Positions 38,357 to 50,105 of a stretch of DNA of 64,000 nucleotides are shown here, one piece after another. The position numbers and the translations under genes were made by a program. This DNA comes from Vicugna vicugna. Lineage: Eukaryota. The first letter of the stretch is position 1. The number at the start of each line of letters is the position of its first letter. The notes under the pieces are model-generated. The model worked only from the letters and a program-made list of their open reading frames with translations. It had not been told where the DNA came from and made no database searches. The stretch covers positions 496,001 through 560,000 of the forward strand of contig MU058584.1 in assembly GCA_013265495.1 (NCBI GenBank). Reading direction: 5' to 3'.

Positions 38357-41079
38357 CTTCCTTTCTTGAGAAAATTTTGACTAGCCAATATATGAAGCAG
38401 AGCCTGCCTTCAAGTTAAGCTACTCTTTTTAATTACCTTGGAGTAAGGAATTCGTTTTTAAAAGAGAAGAAAAAGAAGAGAGAAGGGGAGACTGCTGGGG
38501 GAAGAAGGGCGTAGCGAGACAGAGAGGGGTGTTTAACTAATTCTGAAGCCTCTTGAAAGGCTCAACAGTGCCTTGAGTGTCCTTGGCAGGTACGGAGGGG
38601 ACAAAAAGTCAGAGAAAGGAGTTATGCCCCAACTGTATGTATAATGTATGTATGGCAAAATGCCAGACAGCTGCCCCGAGGGCGTCAGTCCGCTCCACCA
38701 GGCACGCCCCCCACTTTCCATTTGTGGAGCTAGTGAGGAGTGGATCTTTGTCTCCCTGGGCCTCACTTTTTGGCCTCGGTGCTGTTCCTGCTTGTGCTCC
38801 AGGTGGTACCAGCAAGGCCCTGCCTGAGCCTGGACCTCAGGTTGAAGGAGCCTGAAGACCAGCCTCACTCAGTCCTGCGGTCTCTCTGGGCTGTTTGCAG
38901 GAGCTGTGGCTATGATGGGCGCTCAGAAGCACTCAAAGAGGTGCTGACAGCTTTAGAGATACGTTCCCCCTTCTTTCCTCTCTCTTTTCGCCTCCTCCTC
39001 CCTTCCACTCCCATTTGGACTTCAAATGTCTTCATTTCCTGGCGTATCTTAGAGACCACAGCTTGTTGAGGACAGTGGGTAGCAAAACTGAAAATTCCTC
39101 ACGGTAGCTACCAAGACTTTGAGCCCTTACTTGCAAGCATTTAAAAAAAAAAGTCTTCAGATGTAACTGGGGGCTATGTGAGTGTTCTGAAGATGGTTAA
39201 ACTGAGTTTGGCTATAGTTACATTTGAAAATACTTCTCTATTCTATAGGCGAAGCCAAGTTTGATTTATAATCCCATAAAGGTAGATCATCAGGTTTTCT
39301 TTCTGTGTTTCTCTCACTAAAAACATTTTTTTTCCTAAAAATTTTCCCTTAGAAGAACATTTCCATATGGAATAGTGAGGAGGGTGTGGCTGCCTTGTGC
39401 TGCTTTCTTTTTTTCTCTGCAACATTTGAAAAATAGACGAGATGTGTGACACAATTTCAGAGCAAAGAGAAGAAGAATCAAATCATTTTTAGGACACGTG
39501 GTGCCTCCCTCTGAGTTAAGCTGTTCAGGTGACACTACGTTGACTGAACTGTGCCAGAGTACCTGTCCTGGTCAAAAAAAAAAATCAGGAGAACTGTGTT
39601 CTGGTCCTAATGAGGGGACACCTTGCTCAAGAAGCTGTATGGCTCAGGGTCTTATTTGAAAGATGGTGCGGTAGGAAGGATACTGACTGTGTGGGTAGGA
39701 GGAATGGAGAGTCTTTAGTTCTCAAGTTGTTGGCGCATCACCCGGGGGTTGAGGAGATTGGGTAAAAATGCTGCAACCATGTTTGTCTTAGATTCTTACA
39801 TAACTGCAGTATTACTGGGTCCGCTCTACCCACCACACCTTTTGAGTTATTTTGATAACTTCCTTATCTCTTCATAGACTGAAAAGACTCATACAAGGAT
39901 TACTGCAAGACCTTTAAAGGAAGATATAATGGGGTTTTATGGATTTTTATTTAAAAAGATTTTAATGGGATTTTCAGAAAAGGGAAAATTAGTAAGTAGG
40001 TGACAAGTTGGTGTTTTTTTTTGGTTTTGTTTTTGTTTTGTTTGTTTGTTTGTTTGTTTTTGTCGGGACATTCTATAAGGATGCTGATGCCTCTTTTAAA
40101 AGTAAAGTATTTTCTGCTTGCTGTGGACCCTTCTGATGGTCCTCATTAAATTAACACAAGGTTCCCTGGGAGCCTGGTCTCTCCATTCTCCTGTTGAGGC
40201 CTTGCAGAGAAGGAAAGTATTTATTCTGCATTATGTTGCTTCATTATACTTTCCTTTTGATGAATGTATTAGTCGCTTTCTTTAGACTTGCAAGGAAGAG
40301 TCTCACCTTTGACAACAGAGGCTTGTTCCAGGCTCGAGGGGATCTGGGCCAGAACCTGATGCTTCCTCTTCCTCTGCAGCACAGGCCGATGGAGTGGAGA
40401 AACACACGGCTGGGCACCAGAACCACCCGTGGTTATTAGGGGCTCAGCCTGGGCTCCATCTAGGACCTGATAGTCTTCAAAGACAGGATTTGGTTGGGGG
40501 GAACTGGTCTTTTCTTCGTGGAGCTGGCAGGTCTGGGCCAGCCCCTCTGTGACACTTGATCTTCGTCACGTGCAGTCAGGCGCTGAGCCTGAGCCCAGTG
40601 GTCGTGGCTGGGTTAGCAACGACAGTTCATCAGGTGCACACAGCGTAAGCCAAATCGCCCACCTTCAGAAGGAACCCTCCTTGGGGCTGCTTTCCTCAGA
40701 GAGGGGCAGTGGGTGTGGCGGCTTCTTGGTGTTTTATGGCCTTTTTGGTGCATTGAGTTATTTACTCTACTATTAACTTTGAAAATTACAGCAGGGCAGC
40801 AGGAACTCTTATGAGCAGATTTTCCTGTTAGTAAGAACATGAGGAAACTGAGGCTGGATTCCCTCAGGAGCAGAGCAGCCTCTGCTGTGTTTAATTCACA
40901 GTGGCCATTTTTTGAGTAACACCAGGGGCGGGCGCTTGCCAGGGACAGTGGTTAACAGGATCACCATCAGCTGATTGTCTTAGAGAGTCAGGAAGCCCTC
41001 CCTGGGTCAGGCTGAGACTCCAGAGGAGTATGCCGTGCGTCTCTTGGAGATTTCAATTAACCTCATCTTTGGTGTGAAA

Positions 41080-41222
41080 GAGTGGCTCTCAACCCTAGGA
41101 TCATATCATAGTCACCTGAAATGTTGGTTAAAGCTATGGATTACTGGGCCTCAGTGAGCTGAGATCCGTTATATGAGTGACTCCGAAGAGATGGAACCCT
41201 GGCATTTGGAGATTTTAGAAAA
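41080..41222. mobile_element. MER5-like hAT MITE fragment
   Basis: agtggctctcaaccctagg...gtcacctg..., ccctggcatttgg. Confidence 0.5.
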
Positions 41223-41239
41223 CACAACCAGACTTTTAG

Positions 41240-41750
41240 TTTTGAGAGAGGTGCATTTCCCCCTGTTTCTCCTGCTAAAGTACAACCAGTAACTCTGGAC
41301 ACTGTCTATAAAACAAGCATAAAATTCTGAAAGGTGGAGAGAAGGCAGGTTGGCCGGGAATGGAAGGAATCACACGGTTATGAGTTCCTTAAGGTTAGTT
41401 TTCACCTCATATGTCCCAGACTCGGAGCTGAAGAAGCCTGCCACCCTGATGTGGCACTGGGAACACGGAACCCCAGAGAAAGCCTGCTCTCTTCTCTAGC
41501 GAAAGGAGGAGGAAGGAGGTAGCATAGCAGAAGACTTGCAGACAGCAACCACCCGCTTCCAGCCAGACAACACAGGGAGACTGGCCCCCACCACCCAGGC
41601 CAGCAAAGGCCAAGTGGGGAGCCCAGACCCCCACCCTCCCCTTGCCAGGCTGTGATGAGGGGCATGTGGTGATACCACCAAGGGCGGTATCAGAGAAGGC
41701 TGACGAGAGTGCTGGGACTTTCAGCCCTGCCAGCTAGTAATGAGCCTCCT
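41240..41750 (+). mobile_element. Old L1M 5'-end fragment (L1MC/MD-type 5'UTR)
   Basis: ctctggacact...aattctgaaaggtggagagaaggcag...cccagagaaagcctgctctc; recognised from memory only. Confidence 0.4.
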
Positions 41751-42546
41751 GTGCCCCATTCTCCTTCATGGGGAGATGAGTGTGTTCCTCCTCAGTTGTC
41801 CTGCATAGCACTGCCCCTGTGACGGAGGCCAGCGGAGATGGATCAGGAGTCTCTGTCCCTGCACCCACAGGTGGGACCTGAGGGCATGTGGTAGCTGCTC
41901 CCCAGCCATGCTGGGCTGTTGCTGACTTCATCAGGCACCTGGGGTCTGCAGTACTTGACTCCTCTCCCCTCCCCCATCCCCATTCCGGTCCTCATCCCCA
42001 GCTACTTAGGGGTCCATCTCCTTTATGTCCGCAGTAAGTCAGATTCACAGCCAGTGGATATACATATACTCTTATGAGTAACTGCACATGTACTCGTTAG
42101 CTTGCCAGGCTTGTGTTCAGCGTTTCCCCCGCTTTAAGGGAGGAAGGTGGGGTCTCTCTTTCATTTGCCTTTGGCGACACCATTCAGTCTCTGTGGCCAC
42201 TTCTCCCTTTTGTTCTCCCCTCTTCAGCTCCTCTGGAGTGATGTATGACCTTTTTTTTTTTCCTGATAATTTCTCCATGAAATTATGATTTTAACTGTGG
42301 TCCCCTGAGACCTCTTGGCTCCTGCCCTACCCGCTGCGCCCTTGAGAGACACTCTCCTAAAGTGCTTGAAGGAAACTGATCAGACTAGATGCTTGACATT
42401 TTCCACTTGTCCTTTGGAGCAGTCTGCCCCAGGCCCCTTAGAGGGAACAAGGCCAGAAGCAAATGCATGTGTTTGCGTAAGCATTAATAGCTCAGTGTGT
42501 GCCCTGGTTCTGTAGCTGAGGACAAGCCTAACTTATTCATTTACAG

Positions 42547-42620
42547 CTTCTTTTATTGCAGAAAAAGGAGTGGACGTGGGATGAGAGCAAGATGCTGGTG
42601 ATGCAGGACCCTATCTACAG
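42547..42620 (+). CDS. NOS1AP: NOS1AP internal coding exon (exon 4): [24 protein letters not shown](R); alternative acceptor at 42562 removes LLLLQ
   Basis: Acceptors ttacag|42547 and ttgcag|42562, donor CAG|gtaaga at 42621. In frame with the previous exon and matches the NOS1AP sequence. Confidence 0.96.
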
Positions 42621-43489
42621 GTAAGAGCCCAGTCCCCAGGATCCACTTGTCATCTCTTAGAGCCATCTTTCGGGCTGGTGGGTCCAGACAGATTAAATTT
42701 ATACTGCTTTTCCCTCCGGAGAGACCTGTTTCTGTAGATGTAAGTACAATAAACAAATCTACCTTATCTTTAAGATTGAGGGGAAAATTCTTCTTATGCT
42801 CAACTGCACTAAGAAACTATGAAGGATGTCTGCTTGGTGTTAAATCCAAGTCTTTTAGTTGTAATTTGAAACCTTTTCATTTTGTGCTAGTTTTATTTTA
42901 AATTTCATAATTGCATATATGTTGCTCAAAATGAGGGAACTGGGTTTTTGCATTACCCTGTGCTTATAATTTCCCACAGTTGTTATCTGTTCCACTTTTC
43001 TTCCCCTTCAGAGATTGGTGCATAGATAAGGGGGTTATGATCATTTGAGAAAGCAGACAGTCACAAATAGAATCCCTAGAAACGGCTTTCACATCACAGT
43101 GAGACAGGTGTGACTCCGGCGGAGACTAGATGACTGCCATCCACGTGTGCTCTCTGGGCAGAGGAGGACCTGATAGCCACACATATGAAAGCTGGGGCCC
43201 TCCTGGGACCGATGGCAGGACCTTTGATTCATCAGTGTCATTCTTCTCTGCTGGATCTCTGCTGACCAAGCCCTGCCCCATCTCTTCTTCCTTCCTGTTT
43301 TCTTCACTGGGGGAATGGGTTTTAGCTATTCTTTTGGGATTTGGGGGACCTAGATTTATGTTTTGATTTTGTCGCCCCTGAAATAACTTGCCTTGGTTGA
43401 AAAAGTGAATAAAGGTTGGAACTCAACCTGAGAAGTTGACATCAGGTGGTCCTGCTTCCTAAGTCAAAGAGTAGATGCCTATGAAATGG

Positions 43490-44030
43490 AATTTCTGTTC
43501 ATTCAAACAAATATATATATATTTAAAACACTCATCCCAGGTACCGTGCTAGGGAATTTAGTAGATGACTTAAATGAGTAAGTCACGGTCTCATGTTCTC
43601 ATGGAATTTTTGTCTAGAAGGAAAATGGAGTCCTGAACAAATCATTGTGGTCCAAGACAGTGTGTCTGACAAAATGGATTTCTTCCGCTGTGTTCCTTTT
43701 GTACTTTTAAGTGTTTGTTGAAATAATAGTTACAGTGTATTACTGCTACTTAAAAATGTCTGTCTTTTGCCACTGGACTATGAGGCTCTTGACAGTGGAG
43801 AATTCTGTTCAACTCACTTTTATATTTCTAGCATGAAGCCTTTGGCCTCGATGAGGCATTTAATAAGTGTATGATGGGTGGTTGGATAAATGTACTGAAC
43901 TAATACCGGAAAATTAGTATGTGTTATAGTGGTTCATAGGCAGGAATAATCACTTTCCACCTGAGTGATAAGGAAAGGCTTCAAGAAACAAGTTGCATCA
44001 GAACTGGGCTTGAAGGATGTGAATGGACAA
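43490..44030. mobile_element. Cluster of LINE-2 3'-end fragments in both orientations
   Basis: cattcaaacaaatat... (minus), ctggactatgaggctcttgacag...taataagtgtatgatgg (plus), ggaaaggcttcaag...gaaggatgtgaa (minus). Confidence 0.5.
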
Positions 44031-44224
44031 ACCTTTACCATTTGCACTTTGTAAAAGGAAGAGTTTCTTGTTTTGTTGTTTTTGTTTTTATTCAGTGGCA
44101 TCCTGTACATACAAAGGTGACCTCTGTGTGGATGCTGGTCATGAACTTCAATCTTGCTTTTTCTTGGCTGAAAGAAAGGACTTTCAAAACAAAGTTTTAA
44201 CGTATCCCAAATAAGCCATTTTGT

Positions 44225-45955
44225 TCATTTTTTATAACAGATTTATTGAGGTGTAGTTGACATACCAAAATTGAGCATATTTAAAATGAGTAACTGGGTA
44301 GGTTTGGACATGTGTACACTCCTAAAACCATCACTCAGTCAAGACAATGAGCATATGTTGCCCACAAAGGTTTCCTTGTATCTTGTTGTAATCTTTCCCT
44401 CTCATCCCTCCCTGCTCCATCTCCCTCCCTCCCACCCTCCACATCCCCAGGCAACTACTGATCTCACTTCTGTTACAATAGATGAGTTTGTGTTTTCTTG
44501 AATTTTGTATAAATAGAATCATACAGTATACAGTATTCATACATACAGTATACCCTTGGTTTTTTGTTTGTTTTTGTCTTTGTTTTTTGGAGGGGGGCCT
44601 GGCTTCTTTCATTTAGCAGAAGTATTTCAAGATTCATTCCTTGGAGGGGAGGGTATAGCTCAAATGGTAGAGTGCATGCTTAGCACACACAAGGTCCTGG
44701 GTTCAATCCCTAGTACCTCCTCCAAAAATAAATAAATAAACCTAACTACTTCCCCCCCCAAAATAAAATAAAATGTATTTCTATTAAAAAAAATTCATTC
44801 CTTGCCATTCCATGTGTCAGTAGCTTATCCCTTTTGTTACTAATTTGTGTGCATTGTGTGAGTATACCACAGTTTGCTTAGCCATTCACATGCTGATGAA
44901 CATTTTGGTGGTTTCCAGTTTTTGGCTATTACAATGAAGGCTTCTTTGACTGTTTGTATTACAAGTCTTTGTATGGACAGGTGCTTTTATTTTTCTTGGG
45001 TAAACACCCAGGAGCAGAATGACTGATTATATATGGTAGGTGTGTGTGGAACTTTTTATGAAACTGTCAGACTTTTCCAGAGTGGTTGTAGAGTCCCAGT
45101 TCCTTCGTGTCTTTGCCAACATCTGGTATCATCAGTCTTGTTATTTTTGGCCCTGCAAATAGGCGTGAATTCATGTCTCGTTGTGGTTTTAATTTGCATT
45201 TTCCTAGTGAGTGATGATGGTGAGCATCTTTTCATCGTATGTGCCTCTATTCAAATCTATTCAAATCTTTTAGCCCATTTTTAACTGGGGTGTTTTCTTC
45301 TTATTGAATTTTGAGGGTTGCTGATAAATTTTATATACATGTCCTTTATCAGGTATATGATTTGCAAGTATGTTCTTCCAGTATGACTTGCTTTCTCTCT
45401 TGATAGTGTCTTTTGAAGAGCAGGAGTTTTCATGTGGATGAAATTCAAATTTATGGCTTGTGCTTTTGGTGTCATGTTCAAGAAATCTTTGCCTAATTCA
45501 GGGTCACAAAGAGTTTCTTCTGTGTTGTCTTCTGGAAGCATTATAGTTTCAGGCTTTACATTTAGATAAATGATCTATTTTCATTCAGTTTTTATATGGG
45601 TGAGGAATATATCAAAATTCTTTTTTTGTTGTTTTTATTTTGTTTTGGTTTGGTTTTTGGTTTTTGTACTTTGCTTTTGTTTCTTTTTTTTGTTTTCTTT
45701 TTTTTGTTTTTTTGCACAAATGGATTTCCAGTTGTTCCTGCCTCATTTGTTAAAAAACTGTTCTTTCTCCACTGAAGTACCTTTGTTGAAAATCAGTTAC
45801 CATATCTGTGTGGTTTATTTCAGAACTCTTTATTCTGTTCCATTCAGCTAATTGTCTATCCTGACACCAGTACCACAGCATCTTGATTACTGTAGCTTAA
45901 TAACAATTATTGAAATCATGTAGTCTTAGTCTCCAACTTTGTTCTTTTTCAAAGA
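44225..45955 (-). mobile_element. Old LINE-1 (L1MB/MC-like) 3' fragment containing a nested SINE
   Basis: tttattgaggtgtagttgacatac..., gtggttttaatttgcattttcctagtg, cttgattactgtagctt, ccaactttgttctttttcaa. Confidence 0.88.
44644..44792 (+). mobile_element. tRNA-derived camelid SINE (Vic-1 type) with 12-bp TSD
   Basis: ggggagggtatagctcaaatggtagagtgcatgcttagc...ggttcaatccctagtacctc plus A-rich tail; TSD attcattccttg at 44632-44643 and 44793-44804. Confidence 0.9.
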
Positions 45956-46869
45956 TTTCTTCCCATTAATATTAGTGTGGTATATCTTTTTTCATTCATT
46001 TTTAAGAAGAAGTATGTTTTTTGGGGGGTGGGTGGGATAGAAAACGTCAAATAAATCTTAAAATGAATTTTCCTTTGGCCACCCTCCGCCCCCGCTTCAA
46101 AAAAAAATCCACACAGCGAAGTTTCTTGTTGTAGATGTCTTGTGGATATCTTCCTGATCTATCAAAATTTAGCAGCCTGTGTTTATGAACCAAGGAATGA
46201 AGTTTAGCTAGTTCTTTTCCAGTCTCCAAGACAGTTTTTTCCCTCATATATTAAATCGTGGTGTTTTGGTCTCTGTATGTATGGATTTGCATATCTATGT
46301 GCTTCAGGTAGATGAAAGAGGACTTCTTTCTAAACCGTATGTGTCCCATTTTATCATCGGTAAGAACGTTTGTCGTCATGATAATATGGTAATATTTACA
46401 GATGGGCTTTTTGGGGTACAGTATATTTCTGCCAGTAAGGAACCACTCTGCTTTGGCTCAGTCATGCTGCTGAAGAAGACGCAATTGCTTGTTACTTTGA
46501 CGAAACGCTGGATTACTGCAGCGTTCACTTTAGGAAAACTCCTTTATGGAAAAATACATTCTTCTTGTTGAAAAGAAATACCTTTAACATAGCAGTAATG
46601 ATATTTTTGTTTTTTATTAAGTAAATTTTAAACTTAAATCTTTTGCATCCCTCACACAGAGTAACAGAGTCATTTTTTTTCACTTGTGATGAAATATATA
46701 TAAAATGTAAAACTTGCTGTAGTATATCCATTTTTAAGTATACAAATGAGTGGCCTTAATTACATTCATGATGTTGTGCAACCAAAACATTTTCATCACT
46801 CTAGACTTTGTACCCGTTACGTAAGAACTCCTTGTTCGTCCTCCTTGAACCCCAGGTAACCTCTAAAAT

Positions 46870-48040
46870 CATGGAACTTTCAGCGGTTAAAGGACTGTGG
46901 TGAACATGTGGTCCATTTTCCCCTCCATTACAAGGTGCCTCTGTTTCCTTAAAGTGATTTGCTGTTATGGGGTTCTTTTGCTAAGTGAAGGCAAATTTCT
47001 TCATGAAATTTTTTTCCATTTATCCTAGCTCTACTCTCTGGAGCCACAAATATATAGATCTTATTTTTCTAAAGTTCCTGAAGCCATTCTTGTTTTTTTT
47101 TCTAGACTTCCAAATATCAAAATGCCATATTTTGTAACTGACTATACTTGAATTTAAAAAATAACGTATTTCCTCTTAAAATATTTTAGAATTTAATGCA
47201 ATATTCCAGATGCTGTCTTACTAGTGTAAATTATAGAGACACAATTTTGCCCTCATGATGTGGAGTTTTGCATTTTTTTTTAAGAATTAGATCACATTAA
47301 ATTTTATTTGTTAAACTGTATTAGATCTGTTCCTGGGTCATGGTGGATTTATCAGCCAGAATCCATAGGATATTCGTAGTAATAGTTTTCAATCCGTCTT
47401 TTTTACTCATTCCTTATTCCTGCAGTTTTATCTTTTATTTTTTTTTTAGCCTAAATGCAGAACTTTACATATACCCTTGTTAAATTAGATATATTTCATT
47501 TGAACCCATTATTCAGGGTTTTTGGATTCTTGTGAATTAGGGAAGCAGGCAACTGTGAATGTTATGGCATAAGGACTTTGTTATAGGTTTTAGACCTACA
47601 CAATTGCAGTAGGAGCTGGGAAGTAAACAGTCCAAAAAAGACCAAAGAGAGGTCATGAGCCAGCCCTGGTGTGGGTTAGAAGTCAGAGCGTGCAGGATGC
47701 CAGGTGCGTTCATGTGCTAGAGTGGACTGGCAAAGGGACAGGCGCAGACGTCTGTTGAAGGCTGTCACCCTCTAACCAGTGATGACCTTTAGAGCATCGT
47801 TGTTACTTCATTTCTGCCTCCCAAATCCCCCACGCATTTCTCTTGTGAACAGTCCTAAACTGCAGCTGTGCAGGGAAGGGAATGCCAAGACACACAGTTC
47901 TAGCTTAGCTGAGTTGACCCCGTGTAAACCATCAGAGCAGGTCCTAGTAACAGGTTAACTGTCCCTCTTAGTTTTCTGTTAAGTGAAACTTTAGTAAGAA
48001 AATTTTCATCTAAGTCACTGATAAAGGCTATTGAATAAAA
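46870..48040. mobile_element. CR1/L3 LINE remnants interrupted by an old LTR (~47530-47940)
   Basis: L3-like motifs (tttacatatacccttgttaaat, ttcatctaagtcactgataaa) flank an LTR-like block (gggaatgccaagacacacagttctagcttagctgagttgac). Confidence 0.45.
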
Positions 48041-48701
48041 TGGAGAAGCTAGAAAATGCAGACTTCATGTTTGTATTTTTCCTTTACTTGTTTTAGATTT
48101 CATTTCCTCAGTTAATATGCTTATTTTGCCGTTGCTGATTTAAAAGGCATGCTTATTTTTTTTTAAGTTAAAAAATAGCACTGGAGTAGTTGTATGGTTA
48201 TAAAAGTCATTGTGCTTTTGAATTTCAGTTTTACTGCATTGCTGTCCTCTACCTTTGTCATACTGGCACTGGAAGAATTAGCATATTTGACTTAAAAAAA
48301 ATCCCTTGACTTATGTTCCTCAATGCTAGGGATCAGACTGAAAAATAAAATATGTATTTTTTCCCTTAAAAACCAGAGGAAGTAAATTAATCAACTGGAA
48401 ATCTTCTGGAGCCAGACTGGAAGTAGTTCTCCAGTTTTGAGTATAAATGATCAAACCAGGTAAAGCCCCCTAGGGTTTCCAGTCAGTCCCCAGAAATGAC
48501 ATTAATTAACATCCAGGCAGTTGGTGAGATGATTAGAAATCAGAGGAAGTGCATTCCAGTTTTGGCCCTCCAGTTGAGCCAGGCTTTGATTTTGAACAAG
48601 TTAGAGATAAATTATTCAGGGCTAGCTGGGGAAGGGAGGAAAGGATACATGGAGAACTGATGTGCACTGCTGTTCGTTGTGCTCGGCACTGAGGAGAACA
48701 G

Positions 48702-49380
48702 TGATTTATCAGTCTGGGTCCAGCTGGGAGACAGAACTTACACAATGATTTAAATAGGAGAAGAATTGTGAAGAATTACTAATCCGTAACAAAACAGTAT
48801 CTTCAAGATGTAAAGAGCAGTCTTAAGAGTCCTCTAGAGCTGAAGGAGAGTACACAGAGAAGTACAAACTTGGAGGGGGAGCCCCCTCCCAGGCGGGGGT
48901 CCAGATTTCACCGTGGAGCATGTGTTGCAGCATCTGGCTTACAGAGCAGCTCACTGGGTTGTTTAGGCCCCAGCTGGTCCCTCGTTGTTGGGAAAATAGG
49001 AAGCAACCCTCAAGGGCCAGGTGCAGGAGAAGGACATCTGGTGGGTAGGTGCACGGAGGGAGGAGGGGTGTCACTGTGGATAGGAGGCCTGAAACGCTCA
49101 GGGTCTTTGCAGGCAGGGCTGTGGGTAGGTGACCACCCAGCCATGCTGGGAATGTGAGGTCACTGGACCACTATGTTCTGGGCATGTGACTGGGACAGAC
49201 TACCATCAAGTGTCCTGCTGTTAGACTGCAGCAGCTGAAACCAGCAAGAGAAGCCCTTTCCTCCTGCCGTGTCCTTCCACTATACAGGGAAGTTGGAATA
49301 GCCTGCTCACAGTAAAGGAGTGAATACTTAAAGGAATTCTGTCCATTATCACAGAGCACGCACTGAAAGGGCAAGAAACT
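48702..49380. mobile_element. Old ERVL-type solo LTR
   Basis: Begins tatcagtctgggtccagctgggagacagaac, similar to ERVL-class LTR termini. Confidence 0.45.
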
Positions 49381-49449
49381 GGTAACTGGTGCAAGTGATG
49401 AGCAAGACAGTCCCTACCTACCTGTAATCCACAGTCAGATGAAATTTGA

Positions 49450-49600
49450 CATGTGCTACCTCAATCCTAACAACCCTGAGTGGCAGAATCTGTCATTCTC
49501 ATTCTTCACATGAAGAAATCGAGCTTCAGAGACATTAGGTAACATTTCCATGATCACATAACTACTAAGTGCTGGAGGATAGCCTGGCTCCTGAGCTTCT
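49450..49600 (-). mobile_element. MIR SINE fragment
   Basis: aatcctaacaaccctgag...gaagaaatcgagcttcagaga...atcacataactactaagtg. Confidence 0.6.
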
Positions 49601-49869
49601 GTCCTTTCAAGTTTCACTGCTTCACTCAGTGTCATCCGTCTCTCAAAACAAGCCCCCTCATTTATTTGCCTTCATATTTAGTATTTATCATTTCAACTGA
49701 TAATACAATTCAGGACATAAAAAAACTAGATTTGAAGGTGAATGAAATGCTGTCTGTCTTGGGGATTGATAAACCTATGCTGTGATGCTTGAGGATTTCT
49801 TGGGAAATCAGGCACCTCCCTGTAGCACATTTAACTTTGTTAACAATCGAGAGTTTAAGTGATCAAGCC

Positions 49870-50105
49870 AGACAAAATTAAGGAAAGATGAGTACCCTCA
49901 GATTCAGGAACACATCAAATTACAAGCAAGGTAAATAAAAAGAAATTGATTCTTAAACTCTAGACTCAGAGTAATGAAACTACAGAATGAAAGACAGAGA
50001 TTTTAAAACAACCCGGAGGGGAAAAATATATTGCCTACAAAGGAACACAAGTAGGTTGATAGCAAAAATGGAAGACGAAAGATAGTGAATTATCTTTAAG
50101 AATAT
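49870..50105 (+). mobile_element. Ancient L1 ORF1-region fragment
   Basis: cctcagattcaggaa..., aataaaaagaaa..., tgaaactacagaa..., cctacaaaggaac. Confidence 0.5.
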
